Source: Camelus ferus (Eukaryota). Taken from it: 64,000 nucleotides of DNA. This document shows positions 1-14,190 of the stretch, piece after piece. Each line of letters starts with the position of its first letter. Within the stretch, counting starts at the first letter, position 1. Below the pieces are notes generated by a model, which did not search any database, had not been told where the DNA came from, and worked only from the letters and a program-made list of their open reading frames with translations. The DNA is taken from positions 66,652,001 to 66,716,000 of the forward strand of contig NC_045696.1 in NCBI RefSeq assembly GCF_009834535.1, in the 5' to 3' direction. A program made the translations under genes and the position numbers.

Positions 1-213
1 GTGTTACCAATCTTTGTTTAAATCCCTTCCACTGACATCAAAATCAGTTTCATTCTTCTTATGATGACGGAACTGTGAATATTGGAGCCCTTTCTACCGC
101 CTTTCCCTCCTTGACTCCCTAACCCAGACTGCCTGTTCTTGCCTCTCAGATGTTTGCATTCTGTCTTCTCTTCCCAGAACACTCTTATGCTCCCCAAACC
201 TCTCCAGATTCAC

Positions 214-299
214 CAGGATGATCAACCGTCTCGGTTTCCCTAGGACTGAACGTCAAAACCAGGACAGTCCCAGGCAAACCTGGACAGCTGGTCACCTTA
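214..299. mobile_element. MER96-like hAT MITE
   Basis: Imperfect ~35 bp inverted termini caggatgatcaaccgtctcggtttccctaggact / agtcccaggcaaacctggacagctggtcacctta around a very short core. Confidence 0.7.
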
Positions 300-1105
300 C
301 GTGCAAGTCAAGTCAGCTTTTGTCTTGCATCCTTCTTCCTCTAGAAAGCCTTCCCTGACCCGCTACAGCCCCAGGCTAAGTTCCGTCTCCCTGTTGAGAC
401 TACTCACCCACCCTCTTCATTCCCCTGCTGCCACCCTTCTCACTCTCCTAATTACTGAGTTTAGGTCCATCTACACTGAGACCCACAGTAGATGTCTTCG
501 TGGCATCTCCACTCTCCCCACCCTGGTCCAAGCAATCATTGTCTCTCTGTGGTATTGCAGTAGCCTCCTAACTCCTGCCCTGGTTTCCACCCTTGTCTCC
601 TTTACGTGTATTCTCAGTCCAAAATCCAGAGTCACTGTTCTGAAACGAAAGTTGGATCCTGTCACTCCTCTGCTCAAAATCTTTCACTGGTTTTCTATCT
701 CACTGGCTAAGCCAATTATTCTCTGCTCTTACCTCTCAATACTCCCCAATTACCTCGTCAGCCCAGGGGCACTGCTCTCCTGACTGTTCCTAGAACACTT
801 ACAGCCTGCTCCTGCCCCAGGGCCTTTGCACTGACTGTTGTTGATGCCTTAACATTCTTCCTTCAGATGTCCACATGGCTTATCCCTCATGCCCATCAAA
901 TCAAGGTCAAAGTACACTTTCTTAGGGGGTCCTCTGTGACCTGCTTTTACACTTGAATGCCTGCAGCTGCCATTGCCACTCAGCACATAATTTCTAGGGT
1001 AGGAATTTTATTCATGACTATATTTCCAGGGTTTAGAATAGTACATGGCCCAGAATAGAATTCAGAAATACTTACTGAGTGCTTGTTTACATGATTACAT
1101 GAAGG
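300..1105. mobile_element. L2 remnants
   Basis: Pyrimidine-rich L2 motifs gcagtagcctcctaact, gtcactcctctgctcaaaatc, cagggcctttgcact. Confidence 0.75.
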
Positions 1106-2175
1106 AGTGGACACTCAGTCGAAGGAGTATTGACTGAGAGTCACAAGTTTTAACTGAGTCGCACGGGGTCTGGGAGACTTTGAGGAAACTGCTCTCTCCC
1201 TCTAGGTCTTGTTTTCTCTGACTGTGAAATTATGGCCTTGGACCCAGGGCTCTGTAAGGATGCTACAAACAGCGGTATTCTCAAAGTCAACCAGTCAATG
1301 ATATGTGAGAAGCAGCATTCAAATTTGTATTAAACAGAGCTCAGAGGCAGAGAAACATTAAGAAGGAAAGAGGCATTATGGAAGTTCCAAATGAGAAAAA
1401 AAATGTGTACAAGAGACATGAGGATTTCATATGTGAGGAGAGGTACAGGAGGCAGACGACTGAGCCGGGCTGACCTAGACCATTCATTAGAGGACTCAGA
1501 TTAACCTCAGCCCAGGGATAAAGTATCCTACCAGCCCAGAAAATGACACCAAAGGTGGGACAAAACCCATCTCATTACAAAGCCCTGCACAGACACAATT
1601 TGTGATTAGAACACTGATTGGAAATCTTTCCTCACGCCAGCCTCATGGCCCCCAGAGTGGGTGGATTCTCAGATTAGTCATAGGAGAACAGACAGTTTAA
1701 CAGAAGAGAGGCTGATCTAGGCTGTTCCATTTGGAAAAGAATCACCCCTTCGGAAAAGGGAAGTAATTCAAGATGCACGCAGTTTTCTGTCTATTGCCCA
1801 CCCGTCTCAGGTGGGAGATACCGATTGGCCACCATCTTAGACAGGGTCCTTGGAGAGAGGGTGGAAGGGAATGGATTAATCAAGTTAAAGGAGACACTTC
1901 AGTGCTACAGCTGCCGCACCCTGAGTGTGAGGGACCAGACTGGTTATTCAACTTCTCCTGAGTAGCTACCATGTGGATACAAATCTGAGCCCAGTAAGGT
2001 CAGCGAGTTACTCGGCAGTAACCAAATCCATGGTGTTGCGGGGATTATCAGGGCGATCTCCCTCTGCAGTCATGGTTGAATAGGATTTTGCTGTTGTCAC
2101 CTTGTTTGGTAACAGGGCAATAGCAAGTGTTGCAAGTGTAATTGCTGCTGTTGAAATGTCCCCTTGGCAGTTCCT

Positions 2176-2176
<1 letters not shown>

Positions 2177-2216
<40 letters not shown>
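2177..2216. repeat. (GT)20 microsatellite
   Basis: Read directly. Confidence 0.97.
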
Positions 2217-2218
<2 letters not shown>

Positions 2219-2377
2219 CATCTTTACAAAGTGGCTCTGGGAACTTGGATTCCACCTCAAGGAAGTAACCATGGGTTGAATTCAGATCCAGCAAATAGAT
2301 ATCAAACCCCTAGTTCTTGCCAGATGTTGTATTGAATGCTTGGCTGTGCTCTAAACCTTGTGAAATCGTACTATCGG

Positions 2378-2480
2378 CTCCATTTTACAGATAAGGAAAC
2401 TGAGGCTCAAAGATGTTAAGTAACCCACTCAAGGCCCTAGTGAGAGCAAGTTGCCAAGCGAGCCAGGATTTAAGGATTTT
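2378..2480. mobile_element. MIR (further copies near 6460, 15650, 16060, 18150, 35270, 35720, 36700, 39985, 48250, 48670, 53990, 56480, 57270, 62870)
   Basis: MIR core ccattttacagataaggaaactgaggctca or its reverse complement. Confidence 0.8.
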
Positions 2481-4400
2481 AGAACTTGCCACCCAGACAC
2501 AGAAATATTTCTTGAATAAAATCTTGGGAAGAATACCACTGTATAAGACAGGAGAGGTCGTGGCTGTGTGCGTTGAAGCAGGAGCCAGGACTTTGGCGCT
2601 CTGTCCACCCGTCCCTCTTTGTCCACCTCTGTGCTCTCTCTTGAGCTCAGAGGAACACATTCCAAAAAGCCTGCTGGGTGAAGTGAACTTGAATTTGCTC
2701 CAAGCTTTAAAGTGCTGTAAATCTATGATTTTGAGAAGTTCCCACTCATACCATACATGGACTGTCAGCTCCTTCCTCTGGATAATACTTGAACTAGCTG
2801 GACCTCAGATACAGGAATCTGAACTTCACAGTTTGCAGAATCATAGAATGTTAAGGGTGGAAGAAACCCGAGAAATCAACAAATCCCAAAACTCCATGTA
2901 TCTAATAAAATGATACTAACTTTAGTTTTTATTGACTGATAGAAGGCCAGAAAGAAGAACAGATTTACTCAAGGAAGTCAGCTGCTCAGTTGCCGTCTTT
3001 CTTCCAGAGAGGTGATATTTACAACATGTGACAATCAGTATGTTCTAACCAATTGGAACAGATAAAGCTCTGGGGTGGGGCCCAGCAGAGACCCTCCACG
3101 TGGGCTTTAACTTAGTTGCTGGATTGTCAGGCTGTCCCAGGGGTTCTGGAGGAGGGACTGGGGTGGCTAGGGCAGCAGGGGTTGGGCTGGTCCAGCGGCT
3201 GGTCTGGAGGAAGCAGCTATTTATAAAAGCTTAATAATTGGTGTAGCCATCCTGTTGCATAATAGTGCAACAGCAGGCCTGACCTTTAAATATTCATTCA
3301 TCGGAATACCCAAAGTTGCAGGGTTTCCTGGTAATTGCCGAAACTCTTTTAAGACAACTGGGGTTTTGCCCCACTGCTGTTTCTGCTTCCTTTTCAGGAG
3401 GGGAAAAAAGAGGTAGGGAGGGGCAGAATTTCTGTCAGCCAAGTGTCACATCACAGAATTCCACCCAGAGCCACACAGGTGCAGATACCTGAGGGGCATT
3501 ACCTGGCAGATAGCGCTGTCTCTGGTAATTGGGTTGACATCATTGAGCAGCCTTAGAGGATTTGAATCCTTTCCACGACTCCTGCCTCCTCCCAACTGGT
3601 GGTGAAAACCTCAGGTAGGGAGTTGAGTGATTATGCAAAAGCTAATGCAAGGAAACTCAAAGGTCATGTTCCTAAGGTAGAGACCTTTTCCTAGGTTCTG
3701 ATCCAGATTCTCAACGGGAAGAAAAGGACCAAGGTTGCAGCTGCTTTCAAGTGCGTACAAAGAGGGAGCTAAGAATGGCCAGAGAACTACATACTCAGGA
3801 GGTTACAAGACTCCTTAATGGTCACTTGGTCCAGGGCCCTGTCAAAGGCTTCAGTCTTCACAATGAACCACCCCAAACCCAACCAGACAAAGATTTTCTG
3901 CTCCTAAATGAGTGTTGCTCTCCCTCACTTCCAAATCTTTCTGTGTATAGTTTCCCCTGTGTATACCCTTCTTCTTTCCCTGCTGCTTCTTGGGTCCATC
4001 TTCTACTTGACTTCCAAGTCTCATTTTAGAAAATACTTAGGCAGTGTATTTAGAAAAAAAGAGGCAGTGTTGGATGTCCTTTAGAAAATCCTCTTAGCCA
4101 GTGAAACTTAGCACACGCAGCATTCGGTGGTTCTCCAGTGTTTCCATCTGTGTTCCCCTCCCTCGGCTGTGAGTGGCACTAGGGGAGGCATTGGCTCTGT
4201 TGTCTTATCCAGCAGGGCCTAGCACAGGACCTTACTCAACAAATCACTCAGAAATGTGCATGGATGAATGAATGAGTGAATGAATGAATGAATGGCTCTA
4301 TCTTGGCTGCTGATAAAGTGTTTACATCCGTAACCTCGCATTAGCCTTGCACCATGCTTAGGAAGAAGATAAGACTTTAATGCTTCTAAGAAGTAATATT

Positions 4401-4802
4401 CTCTTTCTTTTTTTAAAAAAAATTTATTCTTTATTGAAGTATAGTTGATTTACAATGTTAGTTTCAGGTGTACAGCAAAGCAATTCAATTATACATATAC
4501 ATACACATATATATACATAGATTTTCATATTCTTTTCCATTATATCTTATTACAAGAAACTGAATATAGTTCTCCGTGCTCTGCAGTAGGTCCTTGTTGT
4601 GTATCTACTTTATATATAGTAATGTGTATCTGTTAATTCCAACTCCTAATCTATCCCTCCCCCCCGCTCTCCCCTTTGATAACCTAGTTTATTTTCTATG
4701 TCCGTGAGTCTATTTCTGGCTGGTAAATAAAATTTGTGTTTTTTTTAAGATTCCACATGTAGATGATATCATATGATATTTGTCTTTCTCTGTCTGACTT
4801 AC
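4401..4802 (-). mobile_element. 5'-truncated L1 3' end (artiodactyl type)
   Basis: polyT followed by ttattgaagtatagttgatttacaatg; TSD aagaagtaatatt at 4388-4400 and 4803-4815. Confidence 0.88.
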
Positions 4803-7800
4803 AAGAAGTAATATTTTGTTTATTCCCATTTTATGGATAAAATAAACTCAAAAAGAAATGAAAAGAAAAACCCCTGACCTATGTTTAAGACATGGATGGG
4901 CCATTCTTTGTGCTGTGTTCTTGCAAACTTTTTATCATCTTTACCCTTATAACTGACCTTTGACATATTTTAATCACACTTTTAAAATGTATTTATTTTT
5001 AAATTTACACAGCCTTTTCAGTTCTATCAGCTTTGCCAAATGCATAAAGTCACGACAGTCCTGACACAGAACTGCTCCTTCGCACACCTGCTGGCCTTTC
5101 TAGTCATTCCCTCCCTACCCTGGCTCCTTGCCCATCACTGGTTTGTTCTCCAACCCTAGAGTCTGTACAGTCATAGTTTTAGTAAATAAAAAACCAAAGC
5201 ACAGAGAATTCAAGCAACTTACTCAAGGTAAGACGCTCACGTGATTAGGCTTGGCCATTGAACCCATACTTGTGATTCTCCGTGAAGGTGGAAGGCGGGA
5301 GTGTGGAGCCAAGGAAAACGCTTGTCCCGTTGCCTTGCCTCCATTCCTCCTTCCACAGAGAGGGCCCTGTCCTTAGTCTGGGCTCTGTGAGAGGCAGGGC
5401 CAACGCAGCCTCATCACTGAAGGCCAGATCTGATGATGCTGCCCCTCTGCTCATTCGCTAGGTGCTGAAGGAGGACTGTGTTCCTACCCTGTGGAAGAAT
5501 CTGAAACCCGTATGAACTGCAGGATGCCTAGAAGATGACGGTGCAGCAGACCGGTCTTTTTCCAGGGGTCCCACTCATCTCCGAGACAAGAAGTTCTGAG
5601 AGGAGGTCACTGCTAAATATTCAGCCTCTCCACTCATCAGCTTGCCCTCCAAGGCCTGGGGGCCCTTTTCCAGACAGGGGTAAGACTGCAGGTGAGCCCA
5701 CTGGCACAAGGTGGGCGCTGCTGCTAGGTGGCTTGATGTAACTAACTGTCGTGGTCGCTCACCTGGGAAGCCGGCCCTGTTCCCTGCAGGAGCAGCCTCA
5801 CTGGGCCAGCCTGCGGGCAGCGAGCGCAGATCTTACTGGAGCTCCCAAAGCAAACAGGCTTAGCGTCAGCTTCAAAGTGGAGATCGGGGCCATTTCCCTG
5901 AGAGGCGTTGGCTTCCCGGGCTTTTCATCAGGGTGGCAGGATATCGGTGCCACTTTTGTCTAAAGATAATCTCTTTCCTAAATTTAAAAAAAACAGTACT
6001 TGCTTGGGGCTGAGGGGAGATGTGAGGGTGTGATCTGCTCTGACAGAGACAGGAAATAGCTCCGGGCCTCCAACAGCCGTCCCAGGCCCCACTGAAGCCT
6101 TTCTCCCCATCATCCTCACGTCCTACCCCTCTGCCTTCCTTCCTTCAGGAAATCATTCTTTTCTTACCTTAGGAAATACTGTGAAATTCACGAGGGCTGA
6201 CCCTCCCCTCCAGGCCGCAGTCTTGGCTGCAAGACTCCATCAGGCCCTACCACCCAAGAAGCTAGGATCCACCGCTGAGGGCTTTTGAGATCAGTAGCCC
6301 TAACACTTTAGGTGCAGAAGTTTCCAGAGAACCCAGCCTTGGCTTCCTACTTTCTCTGCTGAGGGGCTGCAGCAGTGATAATTGACCAAACCCAAGGCTC
6401 TCCCACAAGACCGGGGCTAGCAAGCAGTGAAGTTCACCGGCTGTGAAAATCCCACCCTCTGGCCCAGTTATTAACTAGCTGGGGGATCTTAAAAGAGTTG
6501 TTTACTTTCTGGATGAACATTATCTTCCTCATCTGTGCAGTGGAATAACTAATACCTAACTTACAAGGCTGTAGAGGGATCATGTCACGTGGCACACAGA
6601 ACACACTCCACAGCAGGAATTACCACACCCACGTTGTCGTCACCATTACTCACTGGAGTTTAATTTAAGCAACCGTGTTCGGGTATTTCTGTAAATTATA
6701 TACCTGAGATGTTCTCTGCCTTTTGCTGCCAATCCACCATGTGATACAACACGAGGAACGTTCTAGCCAATGCCTGGTGTTCATTCCTGAATGGGACCTC
6801 TGCCCTGAGACCATGTTGTTTTCCACCTGACACTTGGTGTTACAGCAAGTAGTGGATGGAAGGATCCTCTCTCTCCCAGAGCCCAGAGCCCAGAGCCCAG
6901 GACCAAACCAATGCTGCCAGCGCTGGCCTTTTTCTTCCACATCCTGTCCTGGTCCTTTGGCCCCCAGACTCAAAGTTTTCTCTTAAATAGAAGGCAACAT
7001 CTAATCAAAATAAAGACATGGTAAAAAAAAAATATTCAAGAGATTACGGACCAGCAATGTGAAAATGAAAACCCGGAATCCTTTTCTTTTCCTGGCCCAG
7101 CAGTGTTCCCAGTCTGGCGATGTATGTACCGAGGGCGGGTGCCATTCCTGTGACCCAGGGAGGGCAGTTCCCCATCTGCTTCAATCTGTGTCTATCTCAG
7201 GTGGAGTTCCCTTGTCATGATGTCTGGGCATCGCAGGAGAGAATGTGAGCTGCACAGAATACCTATGTTTGACTCATAAGACGTGAGATCATTTTGAATG
7301 CAGAAACCTGCTTTTTAGGCCACAGCTAATTACTAGTGTAGGTCTGGCTGATGCTATGGTTCGCTCCCTGGTGATTTCCTGCATTGAAATGACAGCTGAT
7401 CCCCCACTCATCTCATTATCTTTTGGGCTCGTTTATCCCCTTCCCTTCTTAGACTTCAGGAACCTGAAAATTTGGACAAAATGAAAAGGATATGGATAAG
7501 ATAAATAATTAATTGCTAAGACAGTCACTTAATTCATAAGAATCATGGCAGGATGTCTGAAGTTAAGGGTTAATTTAACTCATGTCTTTGCCTATTACAT
7601 GTACATGAACTTGTCATCACTCTGATGCTTAGAATTTAAGGATCAACTTTCCTCTCAGGTCTTTCAGTTTGTAGGGACATTGGCTCTGAGTTCCCTTTCT
7701 CTGAGGGGCGTGGAAATTAAGGATTAGGAGAAATTTTAAGATGTAGCCAAGATTGCATAGTAAATGATCAGACAACTGAATCTTTCCCTTCCTAATCTAG

Positions 7801-10193
7801 TCTTCCAGCCACTTTGCAATCTTAGTTCCTCATTTGTCAAATGACGATCATAATTATACCTTTCTTATGATATGAGGAACCATGCTAAAAATCCTTAAAA
7901 ATAAAAGAGAAATACCAAAAACTAACAGTAGGATTATAAGTAAACATATGTTTTTTTTTCTCTTATATTTTCCCATTTTTAAATACAGAACAATTTATTA
8001 ATTTTATCTTCAAGAGACATATTTTTTAAAATTACACATTTCATAAGGCTGTATGCAGCAGTATCCCAGTCTTTCGTGCAGTCACAAGGCATAATACATT
8101 TGTGTCCCTGCTGTTCAGTTATTCTCAGTCTCTCCATAGTCTGTAAGTTCCTAGGTCTTGCAGCACCTTTCTCCTGAGGCATAGCCTCAAACTAAGGCCC
8201 TACATTCAAAGGGTACTCAGTGAGGCATTGTTTCCTCCTGTAGCCATTTAGAGACAAAGTTACTCAAGCCTGCCCTTTCTGGCTTCAGTGTTGAATGTAG
8301 TTAGATGCTCAGTTCTAAAATCATATCACTATTTCATACATTTGCGGTCCAGGCCCAGCAAAATGAAGAGAGATGATGGGTGAGGAAGTCTGGGATGGGG
8401 AAAAGACCACTGAGTCATTATGTTCTCACCAAATGTTAACTGAAGGCTTCAACCACCCAAAAGCCTAAAGCAATCTCTTGGCCAGTATTTCCCCATCCAT
8501 GCGCCCCAATGCTGACCAACCATCCCCTCTGGCACCTTATAAGGGCACGGTAATTAGAAAACTCATCTTGCAAGAATGCTGCAGAGAAACCTTTCACATG
8601 GAGTGGAACCACAGTGCCCAGCGGCACCATGACTCAGTGGTGGAGCTGACTTCCAACACCCAGTCTGATCACTCTCCAGCCAAAAAAAGAGATGACCTAT
8701 ATGGCAAAGGCCAGGCAAATTCCCACAGGGCCAGCCATGAGGCTAGTGCATGGGAGTGACAGGTCCCTAAAGTACTCAGAAAAGTACTAGTTACACCTGC
8801 AGTGTCAGGGGGAGAAGGGAAGAGGCCAAAACCAACTCATTTGCCCATTTGTTTATTTTCTTATGGTGTATTGTCTGCTTCTGGGTCAAGGGCTGTGTCA
8901 TCTGCTATGGGGAAAACAAAGATGAATCAGACAGCCCTTGCCCTCAGGTCTAGTTAGAGGGAAGGATAGATTAGAAAATATTAGATGCTTATAATTTTTA
9001 TACATGAAATATATACGAGAGACTATGGAATTACAAAGTCCAGAGCAGCTTTAGGCTAAGTGGGGAAGCGAAAGCTTCACAAAGGAGTTAAATCTGAGCT
9101 GAGTCTTGAAGAATGACAAGGATGCTCTAAGAAGCAGCCAGAGGCCCAGGTGAGGCTGGCTCTGGTTGAGTCCTCCACTCCACTCACCAGCTTAATTATG
9201 TGCTATAGTTTTGCACTAGAATGGCTGGGAACTACCCAACAGCCATCTGTGTGTATATAGTTTTAAATGCTGTCACTCCTTGTGTTTTATCTTTTGTTTT
9301 TATTTTTCTTATTTCCCAACTTGCCCTGGCCTTGCATGTGTAAGGAAATGTAAACTTTCCTGTTTGGCATCTCTGGAGACAGTTATGTGCATGTCATTGC
9401 CTTGTCTGTATTGTCTCCATTCCATTGATGTTCCTCACTTCTCTCCCTCTCCTTTGAATTGATAACCACTGTGAGTAAAGCTGTGATGTCTTCTGCTCAC
9501 TCCTCCTGCTTCTTCTTATTTTTTCAGCTTAAAGTGATAAGAAATAAGATGCAGGAACACTGCTGAGACAAAAAGGCACTAGATGCTTGGAAGACCAGAA
9601 TGCCCTTCCTTGAGGAAGGAGGTACAGTCATCATATTAACACCCTGTTCTAAGCATGGTCACCCATGACTCAGCAGATGATGGGAATGTTAAAATCATAC
9701 TCCTAAATGTCTATTATATTTTTTCATAGATAAAACAGAATCTTCACAGAAACTTTGTAAATCTCAGGGTAGACATTGAGAGAGCATCTATGCCTTTCTA
9801 GAATATTCTGCTCCAATATCTTGGTGATCTTCTCCAAGATCACACACTTGATGCCTAGTTCACAGAGACAAACTTCAGCTTCTGTCTTAGACTAGAACTG
9901 GTCCACATGCACATTTATTCACTGTTTTAAACTAACATAGAGATGCCTTTACTTCCAACTCCTTTCTCTAGTTCTCAGTGAATCTACCACATCCATCTTT
10001 CTGAAAACACCACTTTGAGAACAACATCTTTCAATTTTAAAATCAATAGTTTTCTTCTGCCTTGAAGACAAAATCTGAGCTACACAGCCATGCACTTAAA
10101 GTTCCTAGACTCTCATCTAATTCTCCAACTGTGTGTCTTAATATCCCAGCCACATGTTCTACTCGCCCAGCACAACAAAGTGCTTGAGTAGCC

Positions 10194-10196
<3 letters not shown>

Positions 10197-10232
<36 letters not shown>

Positions 10233-10234
10233 AC
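10197..10234. repeat. (AC)n microsatellite
   Basis: Read directly; one interruption. Confidence 0.95.
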
Positions 10235-11679
10235 CTGGCTCACTGGAGACTGTGACTCACCTGCTCTTTTCTGCTTGAACTGCATTTTTTTGAGTCTCCA
10301 AAAAAGAAAAGAAAACGAAACAAAATGAGACTATAATTTATGCTCCCTTTCCCTGGCTCTCTCCAATCTGATGGAACCACTCTCTCATTCCATAGGATGC
10401 TAGTAACTTTTCACCTGGATTTCTCATTAGGGTTCTTGGAGCTTCTCTCTTTCAATACCATTAAATTCTTCTCCTGTTATAATACAAGTAACTTGGAGGC
10501 AGGGACTTTTGTCTGTTTGGTTCAGGGCTGTACCCCAAGTACAGAGAATGGTGTCTGGCAAGTGATGGATGCTCAACAAATAATTATTGAAAGAGCACCT
10601 ACATTAAGCTAGACAGTGCTAGACTTATCTATGTGCATACCTTATACCTTATCTTTCTCCATTGACTGAGTGTTCCTTGAAGGCCTGGAGACCACAGTGT
10701 ATTCATCTCTGATGTACTTAGCATAGGGCCCACCGCATAATAAGAACTTGGTAAACATTTGTTCAGTAAATCACATCATGAATGAAGGAATATCTTTAGA
10801 GACAACTAACTCCACCAAATATTCTTTTCTTTCTTAAATACTTTCTTTCTGCCTCTATTCTTCAGATTCCTATGACAAAGTTCTGTGTTGCCCTTGAATA
10901 GAAAAGCCAATAAGAGACATGTGTCCTACCTTTGTTACTGCAAACACTTGTACCAGTGCTTTACTCATGCTCTAAGTATCCATTTCACTGTTTACTCTGG
11001 AGTCCAGATAAGTGGTAGTGGTGAAGGGGAGTGACTGGGAAGGAAAGAATTAAATTAAATTGAGTGATTAAAGGAATAAGGAAATAAGGAAAATCCCACA
11101 TCCACTGTCCCTACAAACTATATTTTTTAACCCTATTGTTTGCACAGTAGATAAATGTTTTACTTATAATTTGTGCTATTTCAATACCCAGAAAATCTAC
11201 TGGAAACTTTGCTTTACTATACAGAATTAATTTTCAAACACAGAATTTTATTGTTTGGCCCATTTTTTACATTGAATGGTGCTCTGAATTTGGAGTAGCT
11301 ATCATGCTTACAACAATTCTAAGTTACTGTGACTCATATAAGGACAGAGTCCAGATTAATTCACTTTTGTGTCCCCACTCACCCAATTCCAGGCAAAGAG
11401 AAGGGTCTAAATGTGCTTACTTAATTTTAACATTATTAATCATTCAGTTGATCAGTTTAATGAATGAACATTTGTCAGTGTTTTACTGTATGCCACATAC
11501 TTAGCTGTGTTCTAGGATAATACAAAAACAAATGTGAAAATTAGTGTTCCTGGGTTGTTCACAGGCTAGTGGATAAATATATCCACAATGAGCTGCAAAT
11601 CACTTGAAGTAATTTCATGCTACAGGTTACAACTGCTTTTTCAAATTCATGTATCAAATGGTTGTTATCATTCATGAAA

Positions 11680-14190
11680 AAAGGTGCAAAAATCAAGAAA
11701 ATATTAGCAAATCAAATCTAACCATGTATAATGGAAAGTATACACCTTGATCGAGTGGGATGTGTTCCAGGTATGCAAGGCTGGTTCAACATTCAAAATA
11801 GTAATTCATATAATCCATCATTATCAACAGGCTAAAGAAGGAAAACTATATGATTATATCAATAGACATAAAAAATTGACAAAATCCAATATTCATCCAT
11901 GATAAAAACTATCAGCAAACTAGGGATGGAAGGGAACTTCCTCAACTTGATAAAGAACATTTATAAGAAACCTGGCATTAACATTATACTTGATGATGAA
12001 AAACTAGATACTTTCTACTAAGATCAGGAATAGGACAAGATTCAATTCCTATTCAACATTGTAGTGTAAATTCTAGCTAATGCACTAAAACAAGAAAAGG
12101 AAATAAGAGTTATACAGATTGGGAAGGAAGAAATAAACTATTATTTTTTCATGATGACATGATTATCTATGCAGAAAATCCCTAAGAGTCAAAAAAAAAA
12201 AACCAAAAAACAAACCAAAAAACCTATCTATAAAAGCAATGAACAATTGGAAATGCAAAAAACACAATACCATTCACATTAGCAGCAAAAATAATATAAA
12301 ACTACCAAACTCTGATGAAAAGAATTTGAAAAAATACAGAAATGAAGAGATATTCCATGTACGTGAACAGGAAGACTAAATATTGTCAACATGCCACTTC
12401 TTTCCAAATTGATCTATAGATTCAGTGCAATTCCAACCAAAATCCCAACAAGTTATTTTGTGGATACTGACAAGATGATTCTAAAGTTTACATGGAAAGG
12501 CAAAAGACCCAGAGTAACCAACACAATATTTAAGACAAAGTTGGAGAGGACATACAACCTAACTTCAAGACTTACTCTAAAGCTACAGTAATCAAGACAG
12601 TGTGGTATTGGCAAAAGGATGGACAAGTAGATCAGTGTAACAGAATAAAGAGCCCAGAAATGGACCCACACAAATAGAGTCAGTACATCTTTGAGAAAGG
12701 AGAAAAGGCACTACAATGTGAATGACAGTCTTTCCAACAAATGGTGCAAGAGTAATTGTACAATCACATATTAAAAAAAATAATCTAACACAGACCTCAC
12801 ATCTCTCACAAAAACTAATTCAGCAGAGATCATAGACCTCAATGTGAAATGAAAACTCCTGGAAAATAACGTATTTTATTTTATACATATAACACACGAA
12901 AACTATAAAACTCCTAGAAGATAACACAGAGGAAAGCCTCAGTTGCCTTGGTTTTGGCAATTACTTTTTAGACAAACACACACAAAAAAGCACATTCATG
13001 AAAGAAAAAGTTGATAAGCTAGATTTCATTAAAATTAAAAAACTGCTCTGCAGAACACACTGTTCAGAAAATAAATTGACAAGCCACACACTTGGAGAAA
13101 ATATTTGCAAAAGACATATCTAAAAAATGTCTGATATTCAAAATATACAAAGATTTATTCAAATGAAACAGTAGGAACATAGACAACTCAATTAAATAAT
13201 GGGCAAAACATATGAACAGTCACCTCACAGATGGCACATACTCAGAGGACAAGATTCTAAACATCATATGTCATTAAGGAATTATAAATTAAAACAATGA
13301 TGAGAAACCACTACACACTTACTAGAATGGCTAAAATGTGAAACACTGACAACGTTAATGCTGACAAGGTTATGGAGCAACAGGAACTCTCATTCATTAC
13401 TGTTGGGAATGGAAAATGATACAGCCACTTTGGAATAGTTTGGCAGTCTTACAAAACTAAATATTTAGTTTACCATATGGTCTGGCAGTCACACTCTTTG
13501 GCATTTACTCAAATAACTGGAAAACTTATATTCACACAAACATTTGCACACAAATGTTTATAGTAGTTTTGCTTATAATTGCCAAGACTTGGAAGCAGCC
13601 AAGATATCTTTCAGTAAGTGAATGAATCAATAAACTGATATATCCAGACAATGGAATATTACTCAGCACTAAAAGGAAATGAGCTAGCAAGCCATGAAAA
13701 GATGTGGTAGGATCTTAAGCGCACTTGCCAAGGTGGAAGAAGCCAATATGAAAAGGCTGCATATTGTATGATTCTAGTTATATGACATTCTGGAAAAGGC
13801 AAAAGTATACAGACATTAGAAGGTCAGGGGTTACTAAGAGCTTGTTGGGGCAGTGGAGGGATGAATAGATGGAGCACAGGGGTGTTTTAGAACAGTGAAA
13901 CTATTCTGTTTGATACCTTAATGGTGGATACATGTCATTATAACCTGTCAAATCCCACAGAATATACAACACAAAGAGTGGACTATAATGTGAACTCTAA
14001 TGTAACTATTTAGTTAATAATAATGCAGTGTAGGTACATCAATTCTAATAAATGCAACCACACTAAAGTAAGATGCTAATAATCGAGGACACCCAGGGGT
14101 GGGAAGTGAGGGGGCACATGAGGATTCTGTATTTTCCACTCAATGTTTCTGTAAACTTACAACTACTAAAAAAAATAAAATAAAATCTAA
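11680..14190 (+). mobile_element. old L1 (L1MC-like), degenerate ORF2 3' part plus 3' UTR
   Basis: The ORF at 12391 (LIYRFSAIPTKIP...MILKFTWKGKRPR) is an L1 ORF2 remnant; many stops; A-rich tail at ~14170-14190. Confidence 0.92.

Noticed and set aside
301..783. 160 aa ORF
   Set aside because: GTG start inside a pyrimidine-rich L2 remnant; low-complexity translation.
2413..2913. 166 aa ORF
   Set aside because: Starts in a MIR; no recognisable homology or exon signals.
5250..6300. GC-rich patch with scattered CpGs (also 55120-55250)
   Set aside because: CpG density is too low for a CpG island and I see no promoter evidence.
9130..9500. Stretch resembling an mRNA 3' UTR or processed pseudogene fragment
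   Set aside because: No polyA tail, TSD or recognisable parent gene.
1..11600. Possible 3' exons of the neighbour P3H2 (LEPREL1)
   Set aside because: I found no matching peptide, such as the KDEL-ending last exon; the gene probably ends left of this window.
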